Notes: a model not told the origin generated them from the letters alone. 64,000 bases of DNA from Eukaryota sp. TZLM1-RC (GCA_040285825.1 JAUPSS010000004.1:1526088-1590087), one strand, 5' to 3'. Counted from the first letter of the stretch, positions 12,410 to 24,837 are shown. Made by a program: numbers and translations.

Positions 12410-12962
12410 AACACGAATCAAAGATTTCTAGTTATAGCATTTGCTGGTGTTGTTTCACAGTGATGACCATTATGGTCTAAAATTGTGGATTTTACAAAAG
12501 GTTCTTTGTTTTATACAAATTGATTCAAAATCATCCAAATGAGATCAGACCACAAAAATGGCGAAACGTGAAATGGGGGTCAGGAAATGAAAGAAATTTT
12601 CATTTTTTCATCCCATTTCGAAAAGTACTTGCTATTTGATCATTTTCAATTGATTGTTTTAAATAATTTATGAAAATGTGAAAACAGCTCAATTGTTCAT
12701 GTTGAACAAAATTTTGGTGTTGTATGTAAGCCTTAATGGAAACATTAAATTTTACTACACGTGTCGAATTTTATGGGAAATCATTTTTGATTGAAAATTT
12801 AAATTGACACATCAATAAGATTTGATTACATTTATCAGGATGTAATGGATCTTTATGGAAAGCACAAATGATCAACATTGATACAATCATATTTGATTGA
12901 TTTCACAAAAGGTAACATTTATGAACTTTTCTGGTTTTTTAATCGGAATGTTTTATTGTTGA
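12410..12962 (+). other. Unique pre-18S leader (probable 5'-ETS, possibly with the Pol I core promoter)
   Basis: Single copy per rDNA unit, near-identical ahead of all three 18S genes. The transcription start cannot be determined from sequence alone. Confidence 0.75.
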
Positions 12963-14051
12963 TACCTGGTTGATCCTGCCAGTAGGCATATGCTTGTCTC
13001 AAAGATTAAGCCATGCATGTCTAAGTTCAGGAGTTTTCTCCGAAACAGCGAATGGCTCATTAAATCAGTGATAATTTATTTGATAGTACTTACTACTTGG
13101 ATAACCGTGGTAATTCTAGAGCTAATACATGCAGCAAATACTTCTTTTGAAGTATGCATTTATTAGATACAAAACCAATCCTGGCAACAGGTCTTTGGTG
13201 AATCATAATAACTATGCTGATCGCATGTCTTCGGACAGCGACATATCATTTAAATCACTGCCCTATCAACTAAATCGTAAGGTAGTGGCTTACGATGGTG
13301 ATGACGGGTAACGGGGAATTAGGGTTTGATTCCGGAGAGGGAGCCTGAGAAATGGCTACCACATCCAAGGAAGGCAGCAGGCGCGAAAATTACCCAATCT
13401 CATTACGAGGAGGTAGTGACAAAAAATAACAATACTGGGCTCTTTTGAGTTCGTAATTGGAATGAGTACAACTTAAAACCTTTAACGAGGAGCTACTAGA
13501 GGGCAAGTCTGGTGCCAGCAGCCGCGGTAATTCCAGCTCTAGTAGTGTATCTTAAAATTGCTGCGTTTAAATCGTCCGTAGTTGAATCTCAGAATTTGCG
13601 TATCTTCAGGTTTTCCTGTTGGTAAACAGATTCTTCTGTCTGAGGACACTAGTCATTTGCTTCGGCGGTGGCTATTGAATTCAGACCGTTTACTTTGAAA
13701 AAATTAGAGTGTTCAAAGCAGGCTTTATGCAATTGAATAACTTAGCATGGAATAATAGAATAGGACTTTGGTTCTGTTTTATTGGTTTTGAGAACTAGAG
13801 TAATGATTAAAAGGGACAGTTGGGGGCATTAGTACTCCGGTGTCAGAGGTGAAATTCTTGGATTGCCGGATGACTAACTACTGCGAAAGCATTTGCCAAA
13901 GATGTTCTCATTAATCAAGGTCGAAAGTTGGGGGATCGAAGACGATTAGACACCGTCGTAGTCTCAACCATAAACTATGCCGACTAGGGATTAGTAGGCG
14001 TTAAATACGACCCTATTAGCACCTTATGGGAAACCATAAGTTCTTGGGTAA

Positions 14052-14110
<59 letters not shown>

Positions 14111-14559
14111 TTGTGGAGCCTGCGGCTTAATCTGACTCAACACGGAGAAACTTACCAGGTCCAGACGTGATAAGGATTGACAGATTGATAGCTCTTTCAT
14201 GATCTTACGGTTAGTGGCGCATGGCCGTTCTTAGTTGGTGGAGTGATTTGTCTGGTTAATTCCGATAACGAACGAGATCTAAATTGCTAACTAGTTTTAT
14301 TCTATTTTCGGATAGTTTGAACTTCTTAGCGAGACTGCTGTGGTTTTACACAGAGGAAGGTTTAGGCAATAACAGGTCTGTGATGCCCTTAGATGTTCTG
14401 GGCCGCACGCGCGCTACAATGGTAGGTACAACGAGTTTGTCCTTAACCGAAAGGTTTGGGTAATCTTGTGAATACCTATCTTGACTGGGATAGATCCTTG
14501 CAATTATGGGTCTTGAACGAGGAATAACTTGTAAGTGCATGTCATCAGCATGCGCTGAA

Positions 14560-14605
<46 letters not shown>

Positions 14606-14745
14606 GATGTTGAGGTGAAATGTTTGGACTCAATGGGTTAAGCTGCAAAGCAAGACTTGTTGGGAAAATTCAGTGAATCTTTGCATCTAGAGGAAGGAGA
14701 AGTCGTAACAAGGTATCCGTAGGTGAACCTGCGGATGGATCATTG
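12963..14745 (+). rRNA. 18S rRNA: 18S rRNA (unit 1)
   Basis: Starts TACCTGGTTGATCCTGCCAG; contains GTGCCAGCAGCCGCGGTAA, AAACTTAAAGGAATTGACGG and TTGTACACACCGCCC; ends GAACCTGCGGATGGATCATT. Confidence 0.99.
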
Positions 14746-14843
14746 TCGTTTGTGAGCTTGGCTTGCCAAGTTTCACTTTAACTGAAACCTAATACCGAAC
14801 CAACCCTTTTTATTATAAAAACTAATAGTTTCTATGAAACATC
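14746..14843 (+). other. ITS1 (~98 nt)
   Basis: Lies between the 18S 3' end and the 5.8S 5' end. Confidence 0.9.
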
Positions 14844-15004
14844 CAACTTTCAGTGATGGATGTCTCGGCTCCTTTATCGATGAAGAACGCAGCGAATTGC
14901 GATACGTAATGTGAATTGCAGAATCTGTGAATCATCGAAACTTTGAACGCAAATGGTAGTTCTTTAGAGCTTCGGCTTTATTGAACTATACTTGAATCAG
15001 CGTC
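14844..15004 (+). rRNA. 5.8S rRNA: 5.8S rRNA (unit 1)
   Basis: AACTTTCAGTGATGGAT start; ATCGATGAAGAACGCAGC; GAATTGCAGAAT; TTTGAACGCA. Confidence 0.97.
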
Positions 15005-15163
15005 GTCTTTTATTTTTCCATTTCGGATAATTGGAATTGAAGGTTACTTCTTTTCTTAAATAATCAAATATATGATTGACTTTTGTCAACATTTATTGTT
15101 GAAGGCAACTTTTACATTAATTGACGACTCATCTCTTTCATATATTGTCTTTTTAGACATCAT
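15005..15163 (+). other. ITS2 (~160 nt)
   Basis: AT-rich segment between 5.8S and the 28S 5' GACCT motif. Confidence 0.9.
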
Positions 15164-15512
15164 TTCGACCTGATTTCAAGTAAGATCACCCCCTGGACTT
15201 AAGCATATCAATAAGGGGAGGAAAAGAAAATAACTATGATTTCCTTAGTAGCGGCGAGCGAACAGGAAAAAGCTCAAGACTGAATCTTTATGATCTTTAG
15301 ATTGTGAAGAGTTGTAGTCTATGGAAACCAGTATTCGGTTCTCGATGTATAAGTCCTTTGGAAAGGGTATCATGGAAGGTGAAAATCCTGTAAATGACAT
15401 CGAAGTAATTGATTCACTACTGATTTTCCGAGAGTCGCGCTGTTTGGGAATGCAGCGTTAAATGTGGGGTAAGTTTCCCATAAAGCTAAATATAAAAGGA
15501 GACCGATAGTTC

Positions 15513-15543
<31 letters not shown>

Positions 15544-16384
15544 TCTGAAGAGAGAGTTAAAAGTACCTGAAATCACTGAAAGGATAAGCGATTGGAACTT
15601 GATATTGATAGCTTCGGCTGTCTTGCGTTGGAGTGATTTTGAAAATTGAGTGATTGTGGGGAAGGTAGCTATAATGAACTTCGGTTTATTGTAGTGTTAT
15701 AGCCTCATAAATTGTTCTTTTTTAAGAATCAGGAATACGGTTTTACCGAGACTCCAACATAAAAGGTTCAATTGTCCCGTCTTGAAACACGGACCAAGGA
15801 GTGTATCTCTTCTGCAAGTCGTAGGGTGTAAAAACCTGAAGGCGAAATGAAAGTAATTTTATGAGGGGAAGTTTCTACTGCACCCTCAACCAGTCCTTGC
15901 AAAGGGATCTGAGTATGAGCAGAATGGATACGACCCGAAAGCCGCTGAACTATGCCTGAATAGGATGAAGCCAGGGGAAACTCTGGTGGAAGTCCGTAGC
16001 GATGTTGACGTGCAAATCACTCGTCAAATTTGGGTATAGGGGCGAAAGACTCATCGAAGCGGCTAGTAGCTGGTTACGTTCGAAGTTTCCCCAGGATAGC
16101 TGGAGCTTGTTTTAGTTTTGTCCGGTAAAGCTAATGATTAGAGGTACTAGGGACGCAATGTCCTTAGCCTATTCTCAAACTTTAAATGGGCAAGATTTGT
16201 GATGATACTTAAGTGATCGTTGCAATTGAATAATAGCTCTAAGTGGGCCATTTTTGGTAAGCAGAACTGGCGATGTGGGATGCTCCAAAAGACATGTTAA
16301 GGTGCCTAAGTGTGCACTCATTTAGACCCCAGAAAAGGTGTTGGTTGATATTGACAGCAGGACGGTGGCCATGGAAGTCGGAAT

Positions 16385-16418
<34 letters not shown>

Positions 16419-17328
16419 TCAACTAGCCCTGAAAATTGATGGCGCTAAAGTGTGCCACCTATACATGTCCATTAATTCATTTTATGAGTTAATGTGTAGA
16501 ACGTCGTGGGGGTTGCGTAGAAGGTTCATTGTGAAATGGACTGGAGCAGCCTCTAGTGCAGATCTTGGTGGTAGTAGCAAATAAACAAGTTGGAATCTTG
16601 TTGACCGAAGTGGAGTAGGGTTCCATGGTAAAGGTATTCTGCCATGGGTTAGTCGGTCCTAAGGCACAGGTTAACTCTTTGAGAGGGGGCTTTTATAGCT
16701 CCGTCCTGTCGAAAGGGAAGCAGGTTAATATTCCTGCACCAGCAGTGGGTGTTCGTGGTAACACAATCGAATCTAGAGATGTCGGGGAGGATCCTGGGAA
16801 GAGTTATCTTTTCTTATTAACTGTCTATTGTCCATGGAATCTGTTTAACAGGAGAAGTGGATATAAGATAGGAAGAGCATTACGTTTTTGTAATGTCCGG
16901 TGTATTCTCAACGGCCCTTGAAAATCTAGAGGAGTAATCACTTCATTGTTGTCCGTACCGATAACCGCATCAGGTCTCCAAGGTGTGTAGCCTCTGGTCT
17001 ATAGAAGAACGTAGGTAAGGGAAGTCGGCAAAATAGATCCGTAACTTCGGGATAAGGATTGGCTCTAGGGGCCTTGTGTAAGAGCCCTAGTGGTGACGCA
17101 CTGAGCGTTGATGTGATTGGCAACAATTGCGTTGATGCGAGGTGTTGATCCATTGGGATTACTTTTATGCAATTAAAGGTCAACCTAGAACTGTAACGGA
17201 CAAAGGGAACCCGACTGTTTAATCGAAACAAAGCTTTCTGATGGCCGGAAACGGTGTTGACAGAAAGTGATTTCTGCTCAGTGCTCTGAATGTCATTGTG
17301 AAGAGATTCAATCAAGCACGGGTAAACA

Positions 17329-17373
<45 letters not shown>

Positions 17374-17374
17374 C

Positions 17375-17407
<33 letters not shown>

Positions 17408-17429
17408 GTTCCCACTGTCCCTACCTACC

Positions 17430-17465
<36 letters not shown>

Positions 17466-17471
17466 TAATTC

Positions 17472-17509
<38 letters not shown>

Positions 17510-17868
17510 TGATATTGTGAACCGATTCAGGAGGTGTAGCGTACAGGGGAGTAGATTTATCTACGCCAATGAAACACCCTGACTCTTGACATTGGTTTGC
17601 TAACTTAATTAATCCGAAACAGGTTTCCTGTTTCAAGATTTAAGTGTCTTCGGATACGATCGGATTTAAGGACATTGTCAGATGGGGAGTTTGGCTGGGG
17701 CGGCACATCTCCAAAATAATAACGGAGGTGTCCTAAGGTGAGCTCAATGAGAACAGAAATCTCATGTAGAACATAAGGGTAAAAGCTCACTTGATTTTGA
17801 TTTTCAGTATGAATACAAACCAAGAAATTGTGGCCTAACGATCCTTTAACTATAAGAAACTTTTAGCT

Positions 17869-17911
<43 letters not shown>

Positions 17912-18013
17912 AGCCAAGCGTTCATAGCGACGTTGCTTTTTGATTCTTCGATGTCGGCTCTTCCTATCATTGAGAAGCAGAATTCTCAAAGCGTTGGATT
18001 GTTCACCCATTAA

Positions 18014-18069
<56 letters not shown>

Positions 18070-18466
18070 AATAATTGTCATCCTAATAGTAAAGCAACCC
18101 AGTACGAGAGGAACCGTTGTTCCGCATAATTGGTATTTACGCTTATCTGAAAAGATATTGGTGTGAAGCTAACATGCGTTGGATTATAGCTGAACGCCTC
18201 TAAGCTAGTATCCAACCTAGAAAGGATGATATATTGACCTGCAAATTTAATCGATAAAGATTAGGATTGTGTTTACACAGTCCCAATATCTCATCAGTGG
18301 GATTGATGTTTAGTCTAAGTACTATTCATTGATCATTGAAACTATGAAGATTCGCAGGATCATGAAACCTTGGCAGACGACCAAGATACGGAACTCATTG
18401 CTGTAAGTGTAAGAGTATCGTTTTTGATACGATTTACTGAGGCTCATATGAAGTTCCTAGTTTCGT
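15164..18466 (+). rRNA. 28S rRNA: 28S (LSU) rRNA (unit 1), ~3.3 kb, no intron or insertion seen
   Basis: ACTTAAGCATATCAATAAG; CCCGTCTTGAAACACGGACCAAGGAG; CTCTCTTAAGGTAGCC; sarcin-ricin loop AGTACGAGAGGAAC. The 3' end was placed by similarity to the eukaryotic LSU terminus, with GGAACT 18390-18395 pairing to AGTTCC 18452-18457. Confidence 0.98.
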
Positions 18467-18830
18467 ATATTGACCAATGGTTGTTTATTACAATCATTGG
18501 TCAAATCTTTAAAGTCCATTTTGGGACAATTAATATAACAATTGTGGTGTTAAAGTCCGTGCTATGGTCATTTGAGTAGTCATTGGTTTGATTGGTTGAA
18601 TGGTCATTGGTATGATTAGATGAGTTGCATGTAGTCTTTATGTACTAGATGTGATCAACTTGTGATCAAACTTTGTGTGAAATTGTGTGTGAGTAATGTT
18701 GGCTATGTGTTACTTGATCAGTACAAACTCATGATTACATTTTCAATTGATTTTGTATATATTTGAATTAATTGAGTTTATTAATTTTTAAACATTAAAT
18801 TGTAAAAAAAGTAAAAAATCAAAAAGTATA
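18467..18830 (+). terminator. 3'-ETS / putative Pol I termination region (single copy of the R1 unit)
   Basis: Immediately follows 28S; 15-bp hairpin at 18470-18504; tandem TGTGATCAA(A)CT at 18650-18673. Function is inferred from position only. Confidence 0.5.
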
Positions 18831-21800
18831 GGAGAAGAAGTTTTTCTTTTTTTTATTAAACATAAATAAAAAATAAGTTTAAAATTTCATAAATTCAACA
18901 AACACTTTTCTTGCAAATTCAGTACACGAAACTAGATGCTCTATTGATCAAAAATACTGCACCAAAAAAGCTAAAACAATTTGTCATAGTTTTCATTTGA
19001 AATCCCCATTTCTTATATGACAAAAAAACTCCACACTTGACAATAAATCTTTGAATTGTAATATCCATATGAGTGTTTCAAACGCTGTTGAATGTTATTG
19101 TGTTTTCACACTTTCTGTGAAAACATGCTTATGCACAAGTGATACAAGGCAGGTTTGATACATGAAGAAATGATTTATGTATTCTGTTTCAATGGCAATC
19201 TTGAAAACAATAGTGTTGGCAGAAAAGATGATGTATGTACTGAAAAGAATACTGTCCAGGAAAACTTTATTATGATAGAGTCTTCATCAAAAAGAAAGTA
19301 CAACGGTGAAGACATCAAGCCAATCCATGAACAATTGAGATCAAAAGAGTGATTGAGTCAAACGAAACACTGACAATAACCGATAGGTAAAAGATTTACG
19401 GAATAGAAATCCAAAATGCGCTAGGCAAGGCTGCTGCACTGATGGCAATCGTGATGCCTACCCTTCTGCCCCCGAAGAATCATGGCACTAAGAGTATAAT
19501 GTGTTTAAAGTAACAGACGCATCCCAAAGTCGGAGTACGGAAATGAAAAAAACCGCAGAAGGTTGCTCAGGTTGGAAGATCAGATTTTGGGTCTGGTTTC
19601 AAACTTCAGATTTTCCAATTTTGACATTGGAATTTTTACCAACCCTTAATGCAATTAATTTTTGGTTTTTGCTTTCCTGTTTTCTGCATGTGTTTGTATA
19701 TGGCAACGGTAACGCTAATTTCTGTACGATTATCATTCTTTTGATTAGATTAGTATTTCTTTCAAAATTTTTGAGCTTTATGCATCATTGAAACCAATGT
19801 TCATGTCATTGATCTGATTTAAATTCTTTTGTTGATAATCCTTTTGCAATTGTTGTGACAATTTATACATGGTTATCTTGCCTTTAAAAAAATCGAAACG
19901 AATGGCGCAATTTACAGGAGAAGTTTTCAATTTATGAATAGCACCACTGGTTTTTGATCACATTTTTTTGGTGTAAAAAAACATTGTTGCGTGAACTTTT
20001 ACATTGATAAAGAAAAATTATTTTTACTTTTGTTATTTGACAGAAACAAAAAATAAATTTTTAAAAAAATTTACAGTTTCACTTTCATTTTTGAATGTAT
20101 TCTAAAAACAGATATCATTTTTTTGACTTGAAACAAAAGGTGATCGTTTGTATATGGCAACGGTAACGCTATTTTCTGCACGATTATCATTCTTTTGATT
20201 AGGTCAGTATCTTTTTCAAAATTTATGAGCTTTATACATCATTAAAACCAATGTTCATGTCATTCATTTGATTTGAATTCCTTTGTTGATAATCTTTTTA
20301 CAACATTTGCGACAATTTAAACATGGTTATCTTGCCTTTAAAAAAATGGGAAACGAATGGCGCATTTTACAAGAGAAGTTTTCAAGTTTATAAATACAGC
20401 ATGTGTTCTTGATCACATTTTGGTGTAGAAAAACATTGTTGCATGAACTTTTTACATTGATAAAGAAAAATTATTTTTACTTTTTGTTATTTCACAGAAA
20501 CAAAAAAAATAAATTCCAAAAAAAATTTACAATTTCACTTTCATTTTGAATGTATTCTAGAAACAGATATCGTTTGTTTGATTTGAATCAAAAGGTGATC
20601 GTTTGTATATGGCAACGGTAACGCTATTTTTCTGCACGATTATCATTCTTTTGATTAGGTCAGTATCTTTTCAAAAATTTATGAGCTTTATACATCATTA
20701 AAACCAATGTTCATGTCATTCATTTGATTTGAATTCCTTTGTTGATAATCTTTTTACAACATTTGCGACAATTTATACATGGTTATCTTGCCTTTGAAAA
20801 AAATGGGAAACGAATGGCGCATTTTACAAGAGAAGTTTTCAAGTTTATAAATACAGCATGTGTTCTTGATCACATTTTTGGTGTAAAAAAACATTGTTGC
20901 GTGAACTTTTTACATTGATAAAGAAAATTATTTTACTTTTGTTATTTCACAGAAACAAAAAATAAATTCCAAAAAATTTACAATTTCACTTTCATTTTTG
21001 AATGTATTCTAGAAACAGATATCGTTTGTTTGATTTGAATCAAAAGGTGATCGTTTGTATATGGCAACGGTAACGCTATTTTTCTGCACGATTATCATTC
21101 TTTTGATTAGGTCAGTATCTTTTCAAAATTTAAGAGCTTTATACATCATTAAAAACCAATGTTCATGTCATTCATTTGATTTGAATTCCTTTGTTGATAA
21201 TCTTTTACAACATTTGCAACAATTTATACATGGTTATCTTGCCTTTAAAAAATGGGAAACGAATGGCGCATTTTACAAGAGAAGTTTTCAAGTTTATAAA
21301 TACAGCATGTGTTCTTGATCACATTTTTGGTGTAGAAAAACATTGTTGCATGAACTTTTACATTGATAAAGAAAATTATTTTACTTTTGTTATTTCACAG
21401 AAACAAAAAAATAAATTCCAAAAAATTTACAATTTCACTTTCATTTTGAATGTATTCTAGAAACAGATATCGTTTGTTTGATTTGAATCAAAAAGGTGAT
21501 CGTTTGTATATGGCAACGGTAACGCTATTTTCTGCACGATTATCATTCTTTTTGATTAGGTCAGTATCTTTTCAAAATTTATGAGCTTTATACATCATTA
21601 AAACCAATGTTCATGTCATTCATTTGATTTGAATTCCTTTGTTGATAATCTTTTACAACATTTGCGACAATTTATACATGGTTATCTTGCCTTTGAAAAA
21701 TGGAAACGAATGGCGCATTTTACAAGAGAAGTTTTCAAGTTTATAAATACAGCATGTGTTCTTGATCACATTTTGGTGTAAAAAAAACATTGTTGCGTGA

Positions 21801-24285
21801 ACTTTTACATTGATAAAGAAGTTTTTCTTTTTTTATTAAACATAAATAAAAAATAAGTTTAAAATTTCATAAATTCAACAAACACTTTTCTTGCAAATTC
21901 AGTACACGAAACTAGATGCTCTATTGATCAAAAATACTGCACCAAAAAAGCTAAAACAATTTGTCATAGTTTTCATTTGAAATCCCCATTTCTTATATGA
22001 CAAAAAAACTCCACACTTGACAATAAATCTTTGAATTGTAATATCCATATGAGTGTTTCAAACGCTGTTGAATGTTATTGTGTTTTCACAATTTCTGTGA
22101 AAACATGCTTATGCACAAGTGATACAAGGCAGGTTTGATACATGAAGAAATGATTTATGTATTCTGTTTCAATGGCAATCTTGAAAACAATAGTGTTGGC
22201 AGAAAAGATGATGTATGTACTGAAAAGAATACTGTCCAGGAAAACTTTATTATGATAGAGTCTTCATCAAAAAGAAAGTACAACGGTGAAGACATCAAGC
22301 CAATCCATGAACAATTGAGATCAAAAGAGTGATTGAGTCAAACGAAACACTGACAATAACCGATAGGTAAAAGATTTACGGAATAGAAATCCAAAATGCG
22401 CTAGGCAAGGCTGCTGCACTGATGGCAATTGTGAAGCCTACCCTTCTGCCCCAAAGAATCATGGCACTAAGAGTATAATGTGTTTGAAGTTACAGACGCA
22501 TCCCAAAGTCGGAGTACGGAAATGAGAAAAACCGCAGAAGGTTGCTCAGGTTGGAAGATCAGATTTTGGGTCTGGTTTCAAACTTCAGATTTTCCAATTT
22601 TGACATTGGAATTTTACCAACCCTTAATGCAATTAATTTTGGTTTTGCTTTCCTGTTTTCTGCATGTGTTTGTATATGGCAACGGTAACGCTAATTTCTG
22701 TACGATTATCATTCTTTTGATTAGATTAGTATTTCTTTCAAAATTTTGAGCTTTATGCATCATTGAAACCAATGTTCATGTCATTGATCTGATTTAAATT
22801 CTTTTGTTGATAATCCTTTTTGCAATTGTTGTGACAATTTATACATGGTTATCTTGCCTTTAAAAAAAATCGAAACGAATGGCGCAATTTACAGGAGAAG
22901 TTTTCAATTTATGAATAGCACCACTGGTTTTTGATCACATTTTTGGTGTAGAAAAACATTGTTGCATGAACTTTTACATTGATAAAGAAAATTATTTTAC
23001 TTTTGTTATTTCACAGAAACAAAAAAATAAATTCCAAAAAAATTTACAATTTCACTTTCATTTTGAATGTATTCTAGAAACAGATATCGTTTGTTTGATT
23101 TGAATCAAAAGGTGATCGTTTGTATATGGCAACGGTAACGCTATTTTCTGCACGATTATCATTCTTTTGATTAGGTCAGTATCTTTTTCAAAATTTATGA
23201 GCTTTATACATCATTAAAACCAATGTTCATGTCATTCATTTGATTTGAATTCCTTTGTTGATAATCTTTTTACAACATTTGCGACAATTTATACATGGTT
23301 ATCTTGCCTTTGAAAAAATGGAAACGAATGGCGCATTTTACAAGAGAAGTTTTCAAGTTTATAAATACAGCATGTGTTCTTGATCACATTTTTGGTGTAA
23401 AAAAACATTGTTGCGTGAACTTTTACATTGATAAAGAAGTTTTTCTTTTTTTTATTAAACATAAATAAAAATAAGTTTAAAATTTCATAAATTCAACAAA
23501 CACTTTTTCTTGCAAAATTCAGTACACGAAACTAGATGCTCTATTGATCAAAAATACTGCACCAAAAAAAGCTAAAACAATTTGTCATAGTTTTCATTTG
23601 AAATCCCCATTTCTTATATGACAAAAAACTCCACACTTGACAATAAATCTTTGAATTGTAATATCCATATGAGTGTTTCAAACGCTGTTGAATGTTATTG
23701 TGTTTTCACACTTTCTGTGAAAACATGCTTATGCACAAGTGATACAAGGCAGGTTTGATACATGAAGAAATGATTTATGTATTCTGTTTCAATGGCAATC
23801 TTGAAAACAATAGTGTTGGCAGAAAAGATGATGTATGTACTGAAAAGAATACTGTCCAGGAAAACTTTATTATGATAGAGTCTTCATCAAAAGAAAGTAC
23901 AACGGTGAAGACATCAAGCCAATCCATGAACAATTGAGATCAAAAGAGTGATTGAGTCAAACGAAACACTGACAATAACCGATAGGTAAAAGATTTACGG
24001 AATAGAAATCCAAAATGCGCTAGGCAAGGCTGCTGCACTGATGGCAATTGTGAAGCCTACCCTTCTGCCCCAAAGAATCATGGCACTAAGAGTATAATGT
24101 GTTTGAAGTTACAGACGCATCCCAAAGTCGGAGTACGGAAATGAGAAAAACCGCAGAAGGTTGCTCAGGTTGGAAGATCAGATTTTGGGTCTGGTTTCAA
24201 ACTTCAGATTTTCCAATTTTGACATTGGAATTTTACCAACCCATTATCCAATAGATTTTGGTTCTGTTGTCCTGTTTTTTGTATA
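18831..24285 (+). repeat. IGS modular array; order L SSSS L S L
   Basis: L anchors at 19155, 22135 and 23755; S modules at ~20014, 20466, 20925, 21373 and 22990. Confidence 0.95.
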
Positions 24286-24837
24286 AACACGAATCAAAGA
24301 TTTCTAGTTACAGCATTTGCTGGTGTTGTTTCACAGTGATGACCATTATGGTCTAAAATTGTGGATTTTACAAAAAGGTTCTTTGTTTTATACAAATTGA
24401 TTCAAAATCATCCAAATGAGATCAGACCACAAAAATGGCGAAACGTGAAATGGGGGTCAGGAAATGAAAGAAATTTTCATTTTTTATCCCATTTCGGAAA
24501 GTACTTGCTATTTGATCATTTTCAATTGATTGTTTAAATAATTTATGAAAATGTGAAAACAGCTCAATTGTTCATGTTGAACAAAATTTTGGTGTTGTAT
24601 GTAAGCCTTAATGGAAACATTAAATTTTACTACACGTGTCGAATTTTATGGGAAATCATTTTTGATTGAAAATTTAAATTGACACATCAATAAGATTTGA
24701 TTACATTTATCAGGATGTAATGGATCTTTATGGAAAGCACAAATGATCAACATTGATACAATCATATTTGATTGATTTCACAAAAGGTAACATTTATGAA
24801 CTTTTCTGGTTTTTTAATCGGAATGTTTTATTGTTGA
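24286..24837 (+). other. Unique pre-18S leader (probable 5'-ETS)
   Basis: Near-identical to 12410-12962. Confidence 0.75.

Noticed and set aside
12224-12480. MFEVTDAS.../MLRLEDQ.../MAHFTREV... ORFs in L and the core
   Set aside because: Starts are mostly non-ATG, frames change with homopolymer length between copies, and no domain is recognisable.
14701-14745. Taxonomic assignment from the GCGGATGGATCA 18S ending
   Set aside because: A single motif shared by several lineages is insufficient without a database search.
17345-17365. R1/R2 retrotransposon or group I intron insertion in 28S
   Set aside because: The target site CTCTCTTAAGGTAGCCAAATG is uninterrupted in both complete copies, and gene lengths leave no room for an insertion.
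13129-18579. ORFs within or antisense to 18S/28S (also in units 2 and 3)
   Set aside because: These are standard rRNA shadow ORFs.
19600-21500. Many homopolymer length differences as biological variation
   Set aside because: The regionally consistent lengthening or shortening of A/T runs is typical of long-read consensus error.
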